A stretch of 51,552 nucleotides of DNA from Klebsiella phage vB_KaeD_HazelMika, in the sequence record OL539457.1; one strand, given 5' to 3'. This document shows, one piece after another, positions 19,463-27,767 of the stretch. Made by a program: the position numbers and the translations under genes. Below the pieces are notes generated by a model, which was given only the letters and a program-made list of their open reading frames with translations, did no database searches and was not told the origin of the DNA. How positions within the stretch are numbered: the stretch's first letter is position 1; every line of letters starts with the position of its first letter.

Positions 19463-19793
19463 AGATGATTTTGTTTGGATCAGGTAAGTAACGGGAAGTC
19501 TGTGATGCGATCATGTCATCGCGCCCCATCTTTCCTTTGCCAAAGGCGAACTTCATGGAGTACTTTCCCTGGTCTTTGTAGCACATCACGCTAACGTTTT
19601 TGAGAAGGTGCTTATCGAAAATCACGTTGCTTGATTCCTGAATGGTGATTTCTTTATTCTTGCAATCAAGATTAAAAGCAACCTCACCAGTTAGTGAGAG
19701 GCGGCTTGCGTCAACCGGATAGCCAATATTGATGTTTAAAGCCATAGCATTTAAAGGCAGCAGGAAGAGCGCAGAGAGCATGATTTTTTTCAT
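19461..19793 (-). CDS. Cor-like superinfection exclusion protein (secreted, putative)
   Basis: 110 aa with an N-terminal signal peptide, located directly downstream of the J-like gene on the opposite strand, as cor is in T1/phi80-type phages. Confidence 0.4.
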   Translation of the reverse strand: MKKIMLSALFLLPLNAMALNINIGYPVDASRLSLTGEVAFNLDCKNKEITIQESSNVIFDKHLLKNVSVMCYKDQGKYSMKFAFGKGKMGRDDMIASQTSRYLPDPNKII

Positions 19794-19824
19794 TGGTATT
19801 TCCTCGTTTCGTTAAGTTGAAATG

Positions 19825-19868
19825 AGTATAGCCCCATTTGCGGGGCTTGCTTTAGCAATTCGTGCGGT
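19825..19868 (-). promoter_or_regulatory. conserved module (minus): CGCACGAATTGCTAAA + 22 nt hairpin + TATACT
   Basis: The motif lacks the TAG half, reading cgCAC. Hairpin gccccgcaaatggggc, then a -10-like TATACT, then a CA-rich leader to the cor-like start. Confidence 0.5.
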
Positions 19869-20521
19869 TAGTTGTAACCCTGGAATTTCGCGTATGGTAT
19901 TTTGAGGTTTCCGCGCCCGTTAAAGATTTCAGAGAAAGAGCGCTGGTTTCTTCTGATCCAGTATGTCTGCAACTGCGATCCCGTCCAGCGCATGAGGTTG
20001 CCTGAATAACCCTGCGTTTCTCCGTCGTCGCTCCATTCACCGTAACAGGCATCCCAGAGAAAGAAGGGGTTAAAACCTGGAGTCACGGAGGCAACGTTAG
20101 CCTCAAGGTTGAATGACGGCGGAACGTCAATGAATCCCATTATTCGAGGCATTGTTGCGGCGCTAGCGGCAGTCCAAACAAGATTGCCGGAAGCGTCGAA
20201 TACGTCGAGGTAGCCGGACGCAAGCGCCTTGTTTCTCGAAGTCCTGATTATCCTGATTGCGTTAGTGCTGAACATATCCGCGCCAGGGTAGCCCCACTGG
20301 TTATTACCTGTAAACTGAATCCAGGTTAGAAAACCATCCTTGCGCTTATCACCATCGCGAAGATTGCCAAGGGCTTTAACGTCGCCAAATGGCGTGCTTA
20401 GGCTGTAAGCCCCAACGTCAATTAGCGGCTGCGGAGTGTAGACAGAATCAAAGATCGTATGCTTTTGATCGGAGTTGATCAGGACAACACCAGCGTTATT
20501 AAGTACCTCAAAGCCTGACAT
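19868..20521 (-). CDS. hypothetical protein (possibly fibre/adsorption-associated)
   Basis: 217 aa, beta-rich, shares a DASGNLV motif with the upstream 102-aa ORF. Confidence 0.45.
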   Translation of the reverse strand: MSGFEVLNNAGVVLINSDQKHTIFDSVYTPQPLIDVGAYSLSTPFGDVKALGNLRDGDKRKDGFLTWIQFTGNNQWGYPGADMFSTNAIRIIRTSRNKALASGYLDVFDASGNLVWTAASAATMPRIMGFIDVPPSFNLEANVASVTPGFNPFFLWDACYGEWSDDGETQGYSGNLMRWTGSQLQTYWIRRNQRSFSEIFNGRGNLKIPYAKFQGYN

Positions 20522-20529
20522 AAAGCCCC

Positions 20530-20838
20530 CTAGTTAAACACGTAAACTTCAATGGTAAGAGTCTGATCAACAAACGGGTTGCTTGTTGGCAGGTAAAGAA
20601 CATCAACGCCTCCGTTTTTCGTCACGGCTGCATAGCTGGCTTTATACACAGCGCCAGCAGATGCCACCATGACAACCGCGAACGAGTTGGCACCAGTCAG
20701 CCCAGCCACGTTGAAAGAAACCGCGCGAGTAGTTCGCGGGAATGATATGTTTTGCCGGACAACAAAGCGTGTGCTGAAATCGCCAAGATCGACAACCAGG
20801 TTTCCGCTTGCATCCCAGGCTTGCAGGCCAGCAGGCAT
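20530..20838 (-). CDS. hypothetical protein
   Basis: 102 aa, contains WDASGNLV. It is the first gene transcribed leftwards from the divergent control region. Confidence 0.45.
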   Translation of the reverse strand: MPAGLQAWDASGNLVVDLGDFSTRFVVRQNISFPRTTRAVSFNVAGLTGANSFAVVMVASAGAVYKASYAAVTKNGGVDVLYLPTSNPFVDQTLTIEVYVFN

Positions 20839-21278
20839 GGTGAATCCTCCATTCGTTTGATTAAGTCGAAATAATACACCAGGGCGCAGGAAGAATCAAA
20901 AATAACAGAGCGCCAGTTGTTCTATTTGTTATAGCTTGTTTCGAATTTACGCCGGACGGTGATTTGATCACTTTTTGCGCAGTGTCGCCAAGTAAGATAA
21001 TACAATAATATCTATATATAATAAGGGTTTAGTAATAATCATCATTATTATATTACTCTGTTTGTTATACTTGTTATCGTTGTTTCACTATCTTTCCGTG
21101 TATCTGCAAAAATATTACTTGAGTGTTTTGTGTGGGTATTGCGGCAGATGCAAACACACATACCCCTCCGCAGAAGGTGAAACATAGTGAACAAATAGAA
21201 CGGCGTTGATATTTAAGCATTTTTCTTGTTACACTCTAGCTATAACAAGAAATAACACTTATAACAGAATAAATAACA
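20839..21278. promoter_or_regulatory. divergent control region R1 (AT-rich, conserved blocks shared with 40532-41263)
   Basis: Contains tgtttgttatacttgttat, GTTTCAC (21082-21088) and ATACCCCTCCGCA (21160-21172), matching blocks in R2. Ends with a sigma70 promoter. Confidence 0.5.
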
Positions 21279-21306
21279 TTGACGAATCAAACCAATCGCG
21301 TATACT
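21279..21306 (+). promoter_or_regulatory. sigma70 promoter TTGACG-16-TATACT for recombination operon
   Basis: Good hexamers followed by a CA-rich leader. Confidence 0.6.
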
Positions 21307-21338
21307 CCACCACATCAACCACAAGCGAGGATTTACAG

Positions 21339-22397
21339 ATGACACCTACCAAACCGCAAGCGGATTTCTTCTGGTTCACAAACGACGAAATGCCGAACGA
21401 CTTTTATCACGATAAAGAAGCCTGGACGTTCGACTATGTTTCCGGTTCAAGCCTGGGTAAGATTCACTCATCATGCCTGGCAAAGTGGCGCTTCGAAGAG
21501 AATGAGCCAACGGCGGCGCTGGAGTTCGGCACGCAGGCGCACACCAACTTTGAAAGCAACGAGCTATTCGCATCAACCTACCGCCGCGCTCCGTTCGTTG
21601 AAGATTTCAAGGATGCGATCACGTCGCAAGCAGCATTCGCGGCTAAATTGAAAAGCTTCGGCCTGACAGGTACAAGCGGGAAGCAATATCCAGAGCTTTG
21701 CAAAATATACGCTGATTGCGGTGAAGATCTTAACGTAATGTGGATTGAAGATCTGATCGCGCAATCAAAGGCGGCGCGCGATGGCGTTGAGTTGGTAAAG
21801 GCCGAAGATTATGATGCCTGCGTTTCAATGCGTAAGGTGCTGGAGTCTATACCGGAATACGCACAACTAATGAACGATCCGGCAGCGATGCACGAGCTTT
21901 CATTGTTCGGAAAAATCAACGGCGTGAACGTCAAAGTTCGCCTGGACTACTGCGCAACAATCAGCGATCCTGAAATGATTAAGTTGCTGGGCTATAACCC
22001 AGAGATTCACCCAGAGATTGTGCTGATTCTTGACTATAAGACAACGACCAGCGCCAACCCTCACGAGTTCGATCGCAAGGCGTTTGATCTGGGCTATTAC
22101 TTGAAGATGGCTTTGCAGCGTGATTTGTTTGTCAAGGTGTTTGAAGAAACGCGCCCCGTCGCAGTTGTCCTACTAACCCAGGAAAAGAAAGCGCCATTCT
22201 TGCCTCTGGCTCGACCAATGACGAAAGAGCAGATCATTCACGGGCGCAAGCAGTACATGAGCGTTATTCACCAGTACGAGATCAGCAGCCGTGATGACGT
22301 TTGGCCTTCATACGCAAACGGCGCTCCATTCGTTCACCTGCAAACGCCGGATTACATCAAGCGCCAACATCCTGATATTTACGGCGAAAACAAATAG
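21339..22397 (+). CDS. PD-(D/E)XK recombination exonuclease (RecE/exoVIII-like)
   Basis: 352 aa with RBS GAGG before the ATG at 21339. Carries an ILDYKT nuclease-type motif and lies upstream of erf and ssb. The track start at 21279 is a TTG artefact inside the promoter. Confidence 0.55.
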   Translation: MTPTKPQADFFWFTNDEMPNDFYHDKEAWTFDYVSGSSLGKIHSSCLAKWRFEENEPTAALEFGTQAHTNFESNELFASTYRRAPFVEDFKDAITSQAAFAAKLKSFGLTGTSGKQYPELCKIYADCGEDLNVMWIEDLIAQSKAARDGVELVKAEDYDACVSMRKVLESIPEYAQLMNDPAAMHELSLFGKINGVNVKVRLDYCATISDPEMIKLLGYNPEIHPEIVLILDYKTTTSANPHEFDRKAFDLGYYLKMALQRDLFVKVFEETRPVAVVLLTQEKKAPFLPLARPMTKEQIIHGRKQYMSVIHQYEISSRDDVWPSYANGAPFVHLQTPDYIKRQHPDIYGENK

Positions 22398-22437
22398 CAC
22401 TAAAAGCTAAAAAAAAAGAGGCTCATACGGTATAATG
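22392..22437 (+). promoter_or_regulatory. conserved module: AAATAGCACTAAAAGCTAAAAA + hairpin containing TATAAT
   Basis: The hairpin gaggctcat/atgagcctc encloses TATAAT in its loop. It precedes erf. Confidence 0.5.
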
Positions 22438-22465
22438 AGCCTCAATCAAACAAACAAAGAAGGTA

Positions 22466-23149
22466 ATGAAAATGCGCACATCAGAAACTTTTTCCACGGT
22501 AGCGAAGGCGCTCATTGCGGCGAAGGCTGATTTTGCACTTGCCAGAAAGTCTGGGCATAACAAACACCTGGGCAACAACTACGCCAACCTTGATGACGTG
22601 TTAGAGGCGATCACTCCGTCAATGAAAGAAAATAAATTGATGGTTATTCAATCAACGCTAGATCGCAGCACTGAAAAGTTGATGTACATCGAAACGATGA
22701 TTCTCCACGAGTCCGGCGAGTTTATGGCGTTTGAATACCAGATGCCGATCGAAGGTACGAAGGCGCAGCAGTACGGATCAACAACGTCATACGGTCGCCG
22801 CTATGCACTTTGTGCAGTGCTGGGAATTAGCCAGGCAGATGACGACGCAGAAATTGCAAAACGCACCGCGTCTGATTACAAAAAGCTGGTTGAAGCCTGC
22901 ACCGATCTTGAAAAACTTAGCACTATTCACCAGGACGCACGAAGCAAGTTGAGCGCGGCGGAATGGAAGATTGCGGAAGGTCACTTGCAGAAGCGTAAGG
23001 CAGAATTGACGGCGGGCGAGCGCCGAGGATTCCCAGGAAACACGCAGAAGAAGGATCAGCAGACGGAGCCGCAGCCAGAAAAACAAGAGCCTAGCCAACC
23101 AGAGAAAAAGGTTGTAAACTCCGGTTCTGAAATCGAAAACTTCGGTTAA
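22466..23149 (+). CDS. erf: Erf-family single-strand annealing protein
   Basis: 227 aa with P22 Erf-like N-terminal features and a low-complexity acidic/Q-rich tail. Sits between the exonuclease and SSB. Confidence 0.6.
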   Translation: MKMRTSETFSTVAKALIAAKADFALARKSGHNKHLGNNYANLDDVLEAITPSMKENKLMVIQSTLDRSTEKLMYIETMILHESGEFMAFEYQMPIEGTKAQQYGSTTSYGRRYALCAVLGISQADDDAEIAKRTASDYKKLVEACTDLEKLSTIHQDARSKLSAAEWKIAEGHLQKRKAELTAGERRGFPGNTQKKDQQTEPQPEKQEPSQPEKKVVNSGSEIENFG

Positions 23150-23192
23150 ATATTAACGGGGGCGAAAGCCCCCAATCACAGAGGAAAAAATT

Positions 23193-23660
23193 ATGCCGCA
23201 TACTATCACTGGCGAGATTCGAAAGGCTCCCTACACCAAAGACGGAAACAACAACAATGGGCGCTGGAAGATGTACGCCGTTGACCTTTCCGAGCGAATG
23301 AAGGTTAAGGTTGAAGGGCAGGAGCAGACTGTTTACACCAACTACCGCGCCGTATTCTTCGCTAACGAAAATATGCTTTCCTGGTACGATGAGGCATTCC
23401 AGTTGGGCAAGGTTGTTTCAATCTCCTGCGACACGCTGAACATCACCAGCCGAGACAGCAACGGAACGGTATACACCACCGCCGAAATGATCCGCCCGCA
23501 ACTGGTATTCAGTCAGCGAGGCGCGCAGCAGCAAAGCGGAGGAAACCAGCAGAGCGGAAATCAGCAGCAACAAGGCTGGGGGCAACCGCAACAACCGAAT
23601 CAGCAAAACAACCCGCCACCGAATCGCGGCAATCAGTTTGATGACGACATCCCATTCTGA
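23193..23660 (+). CDS. ssb: single-stranded DNA-binding protein
   Basis: 155 aa with an OB-fold-sized N-terminus, a Gln/Gly-rich linker and the canonical acidic C-terminal tail DDDIPF. Confidence 0.8.
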   Translation: MPHTITGEIRKAPYTKDGNNNNGRWKMYAVDLSERMKVKVEGQEQTVYTNYRAVFFANENMLSWYDEAFQLGKVVSISCDTLNITSRDSNGTVYTTAEMIRPQLVFSQRGAQQQSGGNQQSGNQQQQGWGQPQQPNQQNNPPPNRGNQFDDDIPF

Positions 23661-23667
23661 TTGGTGC

Positions 23668-23698
23668 AAAAAAAAGGAGCCTTTCGGCTCCTTTTTTT
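23668..23698. terminator. bidirectional terminator
   Basis: A8, then aggagcctttcggctcct, then T7, at a convergent junction. Confidence 0.75.
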
Positions 23699-26114
23699 AT
23701 TCCTCTTCACAACCTGTTTCGTGTGCCTTGCTCCATGCTTGCTGGGCGGCGTAGCTTGCAACATCCCTTTCCATTTTGTCGATCTCCTTGTTGTAAATGC
23801 TATCCTCTGGCATTTGCACGCGAACACTAACGAAAGTGTCGCTAGGGATATCGATAGGATCGCCATTCGAATAACCATCAATGTTATTCTGTGCAAACTT
23901 AGGCGCGCTTTCATGCGTGCGATGGTAAGTCTTGAGGACTAAGCTACCGTCAAAATCAACAGAGTAATCAACCCACAAAAGCGGCTGTTTGTTGATATCA
24001 ACAGGAATCTCAATACCACCACTAACTCCACCCCAGGCAAGATCCGCATTCAGGCCAATGCAACCATAAATCTTATAAACGCCAACATCAATGCGTTCAA
24101 CGGTGCAACCTTCCGATTCTTCGTTAGTCTCAAACGAAGAGGCCATAACCTTGATGACTGGTGATGCACGCTTGATAAACCCGTTAGCGTCAACAGTTGT
24201 GTTCTTAGTTCCCCACAAAGCGTTAACCTGAACCGTACCAGAGTTTACGCCACCATTGTTACCACCAGATACATAAAGGTTTGCGTTTCGGTAATCAACA
24301 GTAATCATTCCAAAACAGTCACCAGCATTCATGTAAAAGTTGGCGTTATACTGGTAATTAGCGCCACCAGTATTGATAGGCTGATCGTTTCGAATAACCC
24401 TAGAACCGCCAGAATCACGCATACCTCGAATCCATGACACAAGGTTGCCATCATTGATAGTTTTCCCTGTGCCAATAACCATTGCGTTATTGGCGCCCTC
24501 AATAATGATGCGGTCGGAATATGTAAGGTTCCCATTGTTGTTCAACTGCAACGCCTTGCCAGACTGAGTGTTAGTGAAATAAACATCTGCACCACCAACG
24601 CCAATATATGCGGTTTGCGAATAGTCAGGGCGAGACATTGTGATCCCATAAGTGATGGTAGGGCTAACAGAAGTTACAACCTCTTTCCACGGATTATAGT
24701 TGCCGTTGTTCATGTTTCTGAACATCAACCTACCACCGCTTGAGTAAGATCCCGCAAGCTGGAATTTGTAGTTATTACCCTGCGTACAGTTGAAGTTAAG
24801 CACACCCAGGAATTGACCATTACCAATGCCGAAAGGAGCGCCAACGTAATCGCCATTCACAGTGTAAAACCCGTTCGCAAGTCCAGTGCTTGAGCCTTCC
24901 TCAGTGCTATTAATAAGGCCGGAGCTTGTGCTTAAACCCAAACCGAATTTATCGATCTCAAGATTGGTTCTTGCCCCAGCCGCATCCTTTGCACCAGTGC
25001 CGCCAGCATTAAGCCCAAGAGCCAGATACCCTGAAATATCAGTATTCCAACACCCCCAAACGCCATTTTTAACAGATAAGTAAGTTTTACCATCTGGGCT
25101 GTACATGATTGTTTCAAGGCCAGTTTGAAGAATTTTATCAATCTGTAAATTCTGCCTTGCGGTTGTCATGTTCGCCACGTCAGAAAGGTTATTGGCCTTT
25201 TTCAACTGATTGTCAGGGTTGGCAGTAGCAGCCCGATCCGCTTCCGTTTTTGCCCGATCCGCTTGCTGAGTTGCCGTGGTAGCCGAAGCTGCCGCAGCGG
25301 TTTTGCTTGATGCCGCATTAGTCTCTGACGTTTTGGCGTTTGTCTCAGATGTTTTCGCCGCCGTCGCTGAGGTCGCCGCCGCGCTTGCAGATCCAGCCGC
25401 CGCAGTTTGTGAAGCCGCCGCAGCAACCTTGCTGGAGTTAGCGTTAGTCTCTGACGTTTTGGCGTTAGTCTCTGACGTTTTAGCAGCAGTTGCAGATCCA
25501 GAAGCCGCACTTGCTGAACCAGCCGCCGCAGTTGCAGAAGATGCAGCCGCAGTCTGCGAGTTCTTAGCCGCAGTTTCAGAAGCTTTGGCGTTAGTCTCCG
25601 AGGTCTTAGCCGCCGTCTGTGATGCCGCCGCCGCCGTCTGTGATGCCTTAGCCGCATTCTCTGACGCTTTCGAGTTGGTTTCAGAGGTTTTGGCGTTGGT
25701 CGCAGCGGTGCTGGCTGTTTGCGCGTCTGCCTTAACCTGGTTGCCAACTGCAACGATACGCTCCCAATCGAAATTCTGGAAAAACTCGATCGCATCTTCG
25801 ATTACGGTTTCTTTGCTTTGGTAGTAACGTAGCGTTTCCGCCACATCCTGCGCCAGCCCGTCAACTGTGATGGAATCGTGCAACAAGATCACATACTTCG
25901 TGCCAGCCGCCACAACTGCGCCATCCGTAGCAGTTGCCCGCATTTCGGTTGGGCTAACGATTGATGAGATAGTGCAGATCGTTAGCGGTGCAGTTTGAAA
26001 AATCATGGTTGCGCCAACTCGAACAAGAGAAAGCTTATCCTGCCAGTTGGTTCCAACCCCCACAATAACGCCCTGGGCATTTAGCGAGGCTGTTCCCGTT
26101 CTGTAAATAGCCAT
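23697..26114 (-). CDS. side tail fibre protein
   Basis: About 805 aa. RBS GAAGGG lies 8 nt before the ATG at 26114. It has an Ala/Thr/Ser-rich repeat region (KTSETNA units) and a beta-rich Gly/Asn-rich C-terminal domain. Confidence 0.7.
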   Translation of the reverse strand: MAIYRTGTASLNAQGVIVGVGTNWQDKLSLVRVGATMIFQTAPLTICTISSIVSPTEMRATATDGAVVAAGTKYVILLHDSITVDGLAQDVAETLRYYQSKETVIEDAIEFFQNFDWERIVAVGNQVKADAQTASTAATNAKTSETNSKASENAAKASQTAAAASQTAAKTSETNAKASETAAKNSQTAAASSATAAAGSASAASGSATAAKTSETNAKTSETNANSSKVAAAASQTAAAGSASAAATSATAAKTSETNAKTSETNAASSKTAAAASATTATQQADRAKTEADRAATANPDNQLKKANNLSDVANMTTARQNLQIDKILQTGLETIMYSPDGKTYLSVKNGVWGCWNTDISGYLALGLNAGGTGAKDAAGARTNLEIDKFGLGLSTSSGLINSTEEGSSTGLANGFYTVNGDYVGAPFGIGNGQFLGVLNFNCTQGNNYKFQLAGSYSSGGRLMFRNMNNGNYNPWKEVVTSVSPTITYGITMSRPDYSQTAYIGVGGADVYFTNTQSGKALQLNNNGNLTYSDRIIIEGANNAMVIGTGKTINDGNLVSWIRGMRDSGGSRVIRNDQPINTGGANYQYNANFYMNAGDCFGMITVDYRNANLYVSGGNNGGVNSGTVQVNALWGTKNTTVDANGFIKRASPVIKVMASSFETNEESEGCTVERIDVGVYKIYGCIGLNADLAWGGVSGGIEIPVDINKQPLLWVDYSVDFDGSLVLKTYHRTHESAPKFAQNNIDGYSNGDPIDIPSDTFVSVRVQMPEDSIYNKEIDKMERDVASYAAQQAWSKAHETGCEEE
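25290..25560 (-). repeat. tandem intragenic repeats in fibre gene (about 123-nt unit x2 with 18-21-nt subrepeats)
   Basis: Direct DNA repeats such as gttagtctctgacgttttggc x2. The protein repeat SATAAKTSETNAKTSETNA..SSK.AAAAS occurs twice. These repeats generate the spurious antisense ORFs. Confidence 0.7.
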
Positions 26115-26137
26115 TATGTCAACCCTTCTGTTTGTTA

Positions 26138-26155
26138 ATAGCACGAATTGCTAAA
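26138..26155 (+). promoter_or_regulatory. TAGCACGAATTGCTAAA palindrome copy upstream of fibre gene start
   Basis: Full consensus copy about 25 nt upstream of the minus-strand fibre ATG. On the fibre strand it reads GTGCTATTAA, abutting a -10-like hexamer. Confidence 0.5.
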
Positions 26156-26181
26156 TGCCATTGTAGCAATGTTTCAGGCAC

Positions 26182-26208
26182 AAAAAAACCCTCCTAAGAG
26201 GGTTTAAA
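26182..26208. terminator. bidirectional terminator
   Basis: A7, then ccctcctaagaggg, then T-rich, after the primase gene. Confidence 0.6.
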
Positions 26209-26209
26209 T

Positions 26210-27145
26210 TCACTCCGCCGAATCAATAAGATCCTGCGCGTTAAATAGTTGCCGCCGCATCCCTGTTTTGAAGTCCGATCCGTTCGGCACGATAACTTTC
26301 AACTCCCGATCATCTGCCATGTAAAGCGTTTGTAGGTCATCAGCAAGGCACGCAACGCGCAATTCCCGCTCTCCCTTGTAACGATACGCCACGATCTCAA
26401 GGTTGCTTGCATCAGTACAAACCCAGACTTCCTGATTGGTTGCGAAGTTCACCCGCTCGCCATCAGCCCAATCATTCACCAGGTAGATCGCGCCCTCACT
26501 CTCTCCGACTTTTATCACCGCTCCCCGCGTGTAATCCTTTGCAAGAAACGATCGGCTTCCATCCTCGAAGGAAAACATTATGTTGCACATTTCATCATCA
26601 AGGCCGTCATCATGCACCATATGGCACGGCAACGCGTGGATAAACTCATCAGACCCATCAGGACGCGATTTAACTCCTACGCTGTACGATTCGCCGTATA
26701 AACCTTCAAAGACCGTTAGAGGCGTGCTTGAGCGCAATTCTGTGCGGCTCATTACTTCAATGCAGGCCTCGTGATCAATCTGTTTCCCAAACGTGTAGCC
26801 GTTGTCTCTGGTTGCCCGCTTATTTGCCTTAACGCGATACTCTTGCGGAACCTTACCCAGAAAGCGCCCCAAGATGTTAATCACTTCACTGTACGGCTCG
26901 CCAGTTAAGCGCATCATCCAGCCAATGCCCTTGTCCGCTCCGCAACTGTTACAGTAAGCGCCGCCGTCGCCAGGCTCTTCAAGTTTATCAGTCCAGCGGA
27001 ATCTGTCTTTACCGCCGCATGACGGGCAACTCTGGTGTTTTTTGTTGAACACGATTGATGGCACGCCGCAAACAGACTGCAAAGCCTCGCGCCAAAGGCC
27101 TTTCATGTACGGCAATACTTCTTCTTTCTGAAACATTTCATTCAT
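26210..27145 (-). CDS. DNA primase (zinc-ribbon type)
   Basis: 311 aa with an N-terminal CPSCGG..17..CNSCG zinc ribbon typical of phage/plasmid primases. Adjacent to the helicase. Confidence 0.55.
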   Translation of the reverse strand: MNEMFQKEEVLPYMKGLWREALQSVCGVPSIVFNKKHQSCPSCGGKDRFRWTDKLEEPGDGGAYCNSCGADKGIGWMMRLTGEPYSEVINILGRFLGKVPQEYRVKANKRATRDNGYTFGKQIDHEACIEVMSRTELRSSTPLTVFEGLYGESYSVGVKSRPDGSDEFIHALPCHMVHDDGLDDEMCNIMFSFEDGSRSFLAKDYTRGAVIKVGESEGAIYLVNDWADGERVNFATNQEVWVCTDASNLEIVAYRYKGERELRVACLADDLQTLYMADDRELKVIVPNGSDFKTGMRRQLFNAQDLIDSAE

Positions 27146-27160
27146 TGCTTTTGCTCCGGC

Positions 27161-27194
27161 AATAAAAAAGGTTGCACCGATTATGGCACAACCT
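27161..27194 (-). terminator. stem-loop + T-run (minus strand) after HTH gene
   Basis: aggttgtgccataatcggtgcaacct followed by T7 on the minus strand. Confidence 0.5.
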
Positions 27195-27199
27195 CTGGC

Positions 27200-27676
27200 T
27201 TATTCTTTAGCTTTTAGTGCTGCCTCACGCTCGCGCTTAATCCGTTTCCATGATGGTTGTTCCGGCTTGTGGGCTAACTCATCCTCACGAACCACACGCA
27301 TCATTTCACGCTTTTTGCATCGCACTGTTAATGGCTTGCCGTTGCCGTCGAAGGTGAGATCTGGTCGGCACCATGTAGCGCGAAAGCCCTTAGCCCCATT
27401 TCGCTTATATGCGTTGTGCGCCTTCTGCGCCCCGCGCGCGGAAATCATGCCGTTTTTAATCCAGGTGGTGAGCAGTGAGTTTGAGATCTTCAACTCACGG
27501 CAAACGTTGGCCTTCGAGCCGTAAAACTCGATAAGCATTTCAAGGCGGGCACGCAATCCGGCCTTTACTTCATCTTTCAGAACGTAGTAGCCTGTAGGCC
27601 GCTTGCGCTTCTTCTTGTCTGCGCCGCGCTGAGTTCCGTTGTTCCCGTTAATGGTTCTCTTGTCAACTTCAATCAT
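27200..27676 (-). CDS. HTH DNA-binding protein (putative transcriptional regulator)
   Basis: 158 aa, very basic, with a helix-turn-helix-like segment ANVCRELKISNSLLTTWIKNG. RBS GGGGGA. The conserved palindrome lies 11 nt upstream of its start codon. Confidence 0.5.
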   Translation of the reverse strand: MIEVDKRTINGNNGTQRGADKKKRKRPTGYYVLKDEVKAGLRARLEMLIEFYGSKANVCRELKISNSLLTTWIKNGMISARGAQKAHNAYKRNGAKGFRATWCRPDLTFDGNGKPLTVRCKKREMMRVVREDELAHKPEQPSWKRIKREREAALKAKE

Positions 27677-27686
27677 AAATCCCCCG

Positions 27687-27729
27687 ATAGCACTTTTTGT
27701 TAAACATTCTATTCGATAGCGTGTATTAT
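27687..27729 (+). promoter_or_regulatory. conserved module: ATAGCACTTTTTGTTAAAC + 21 nt + TATTAT
   Basis: Precedes the helicase and overlaps the divergent 5' UTR of the HTH gene. Confidence 0.5.
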
Positions 27730-27767
27730 AGCCGTAATCGAACGAACCTCAAAGGCATTTAATCACC

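Noticed and set aside
21279-21338. TTG-initiated N-terminal extensions of ORFs 21279 and 41204.
   Set aside because: Both putative starts are the TTG of a TTGAC(G/A) -35 hexamer. The real starts are ATGs with RBS about 60 nt downstream (21339 and 41264).
25202-25824. Long ORFs antisense to, or in an alternative frame of, the fibre repeat region (25276-25824 on the plus strand, Ala-rich; 25202-25795 on the minus strand, Arg-rich).
   Set aside because: Both arise from GCN/NGC periodicity of the Ala/Thr-rich tandem repeats inside the 805-aa fibre gene. They are low-complexity, have no RBS, and lie wholly inside a clearly coding gene.
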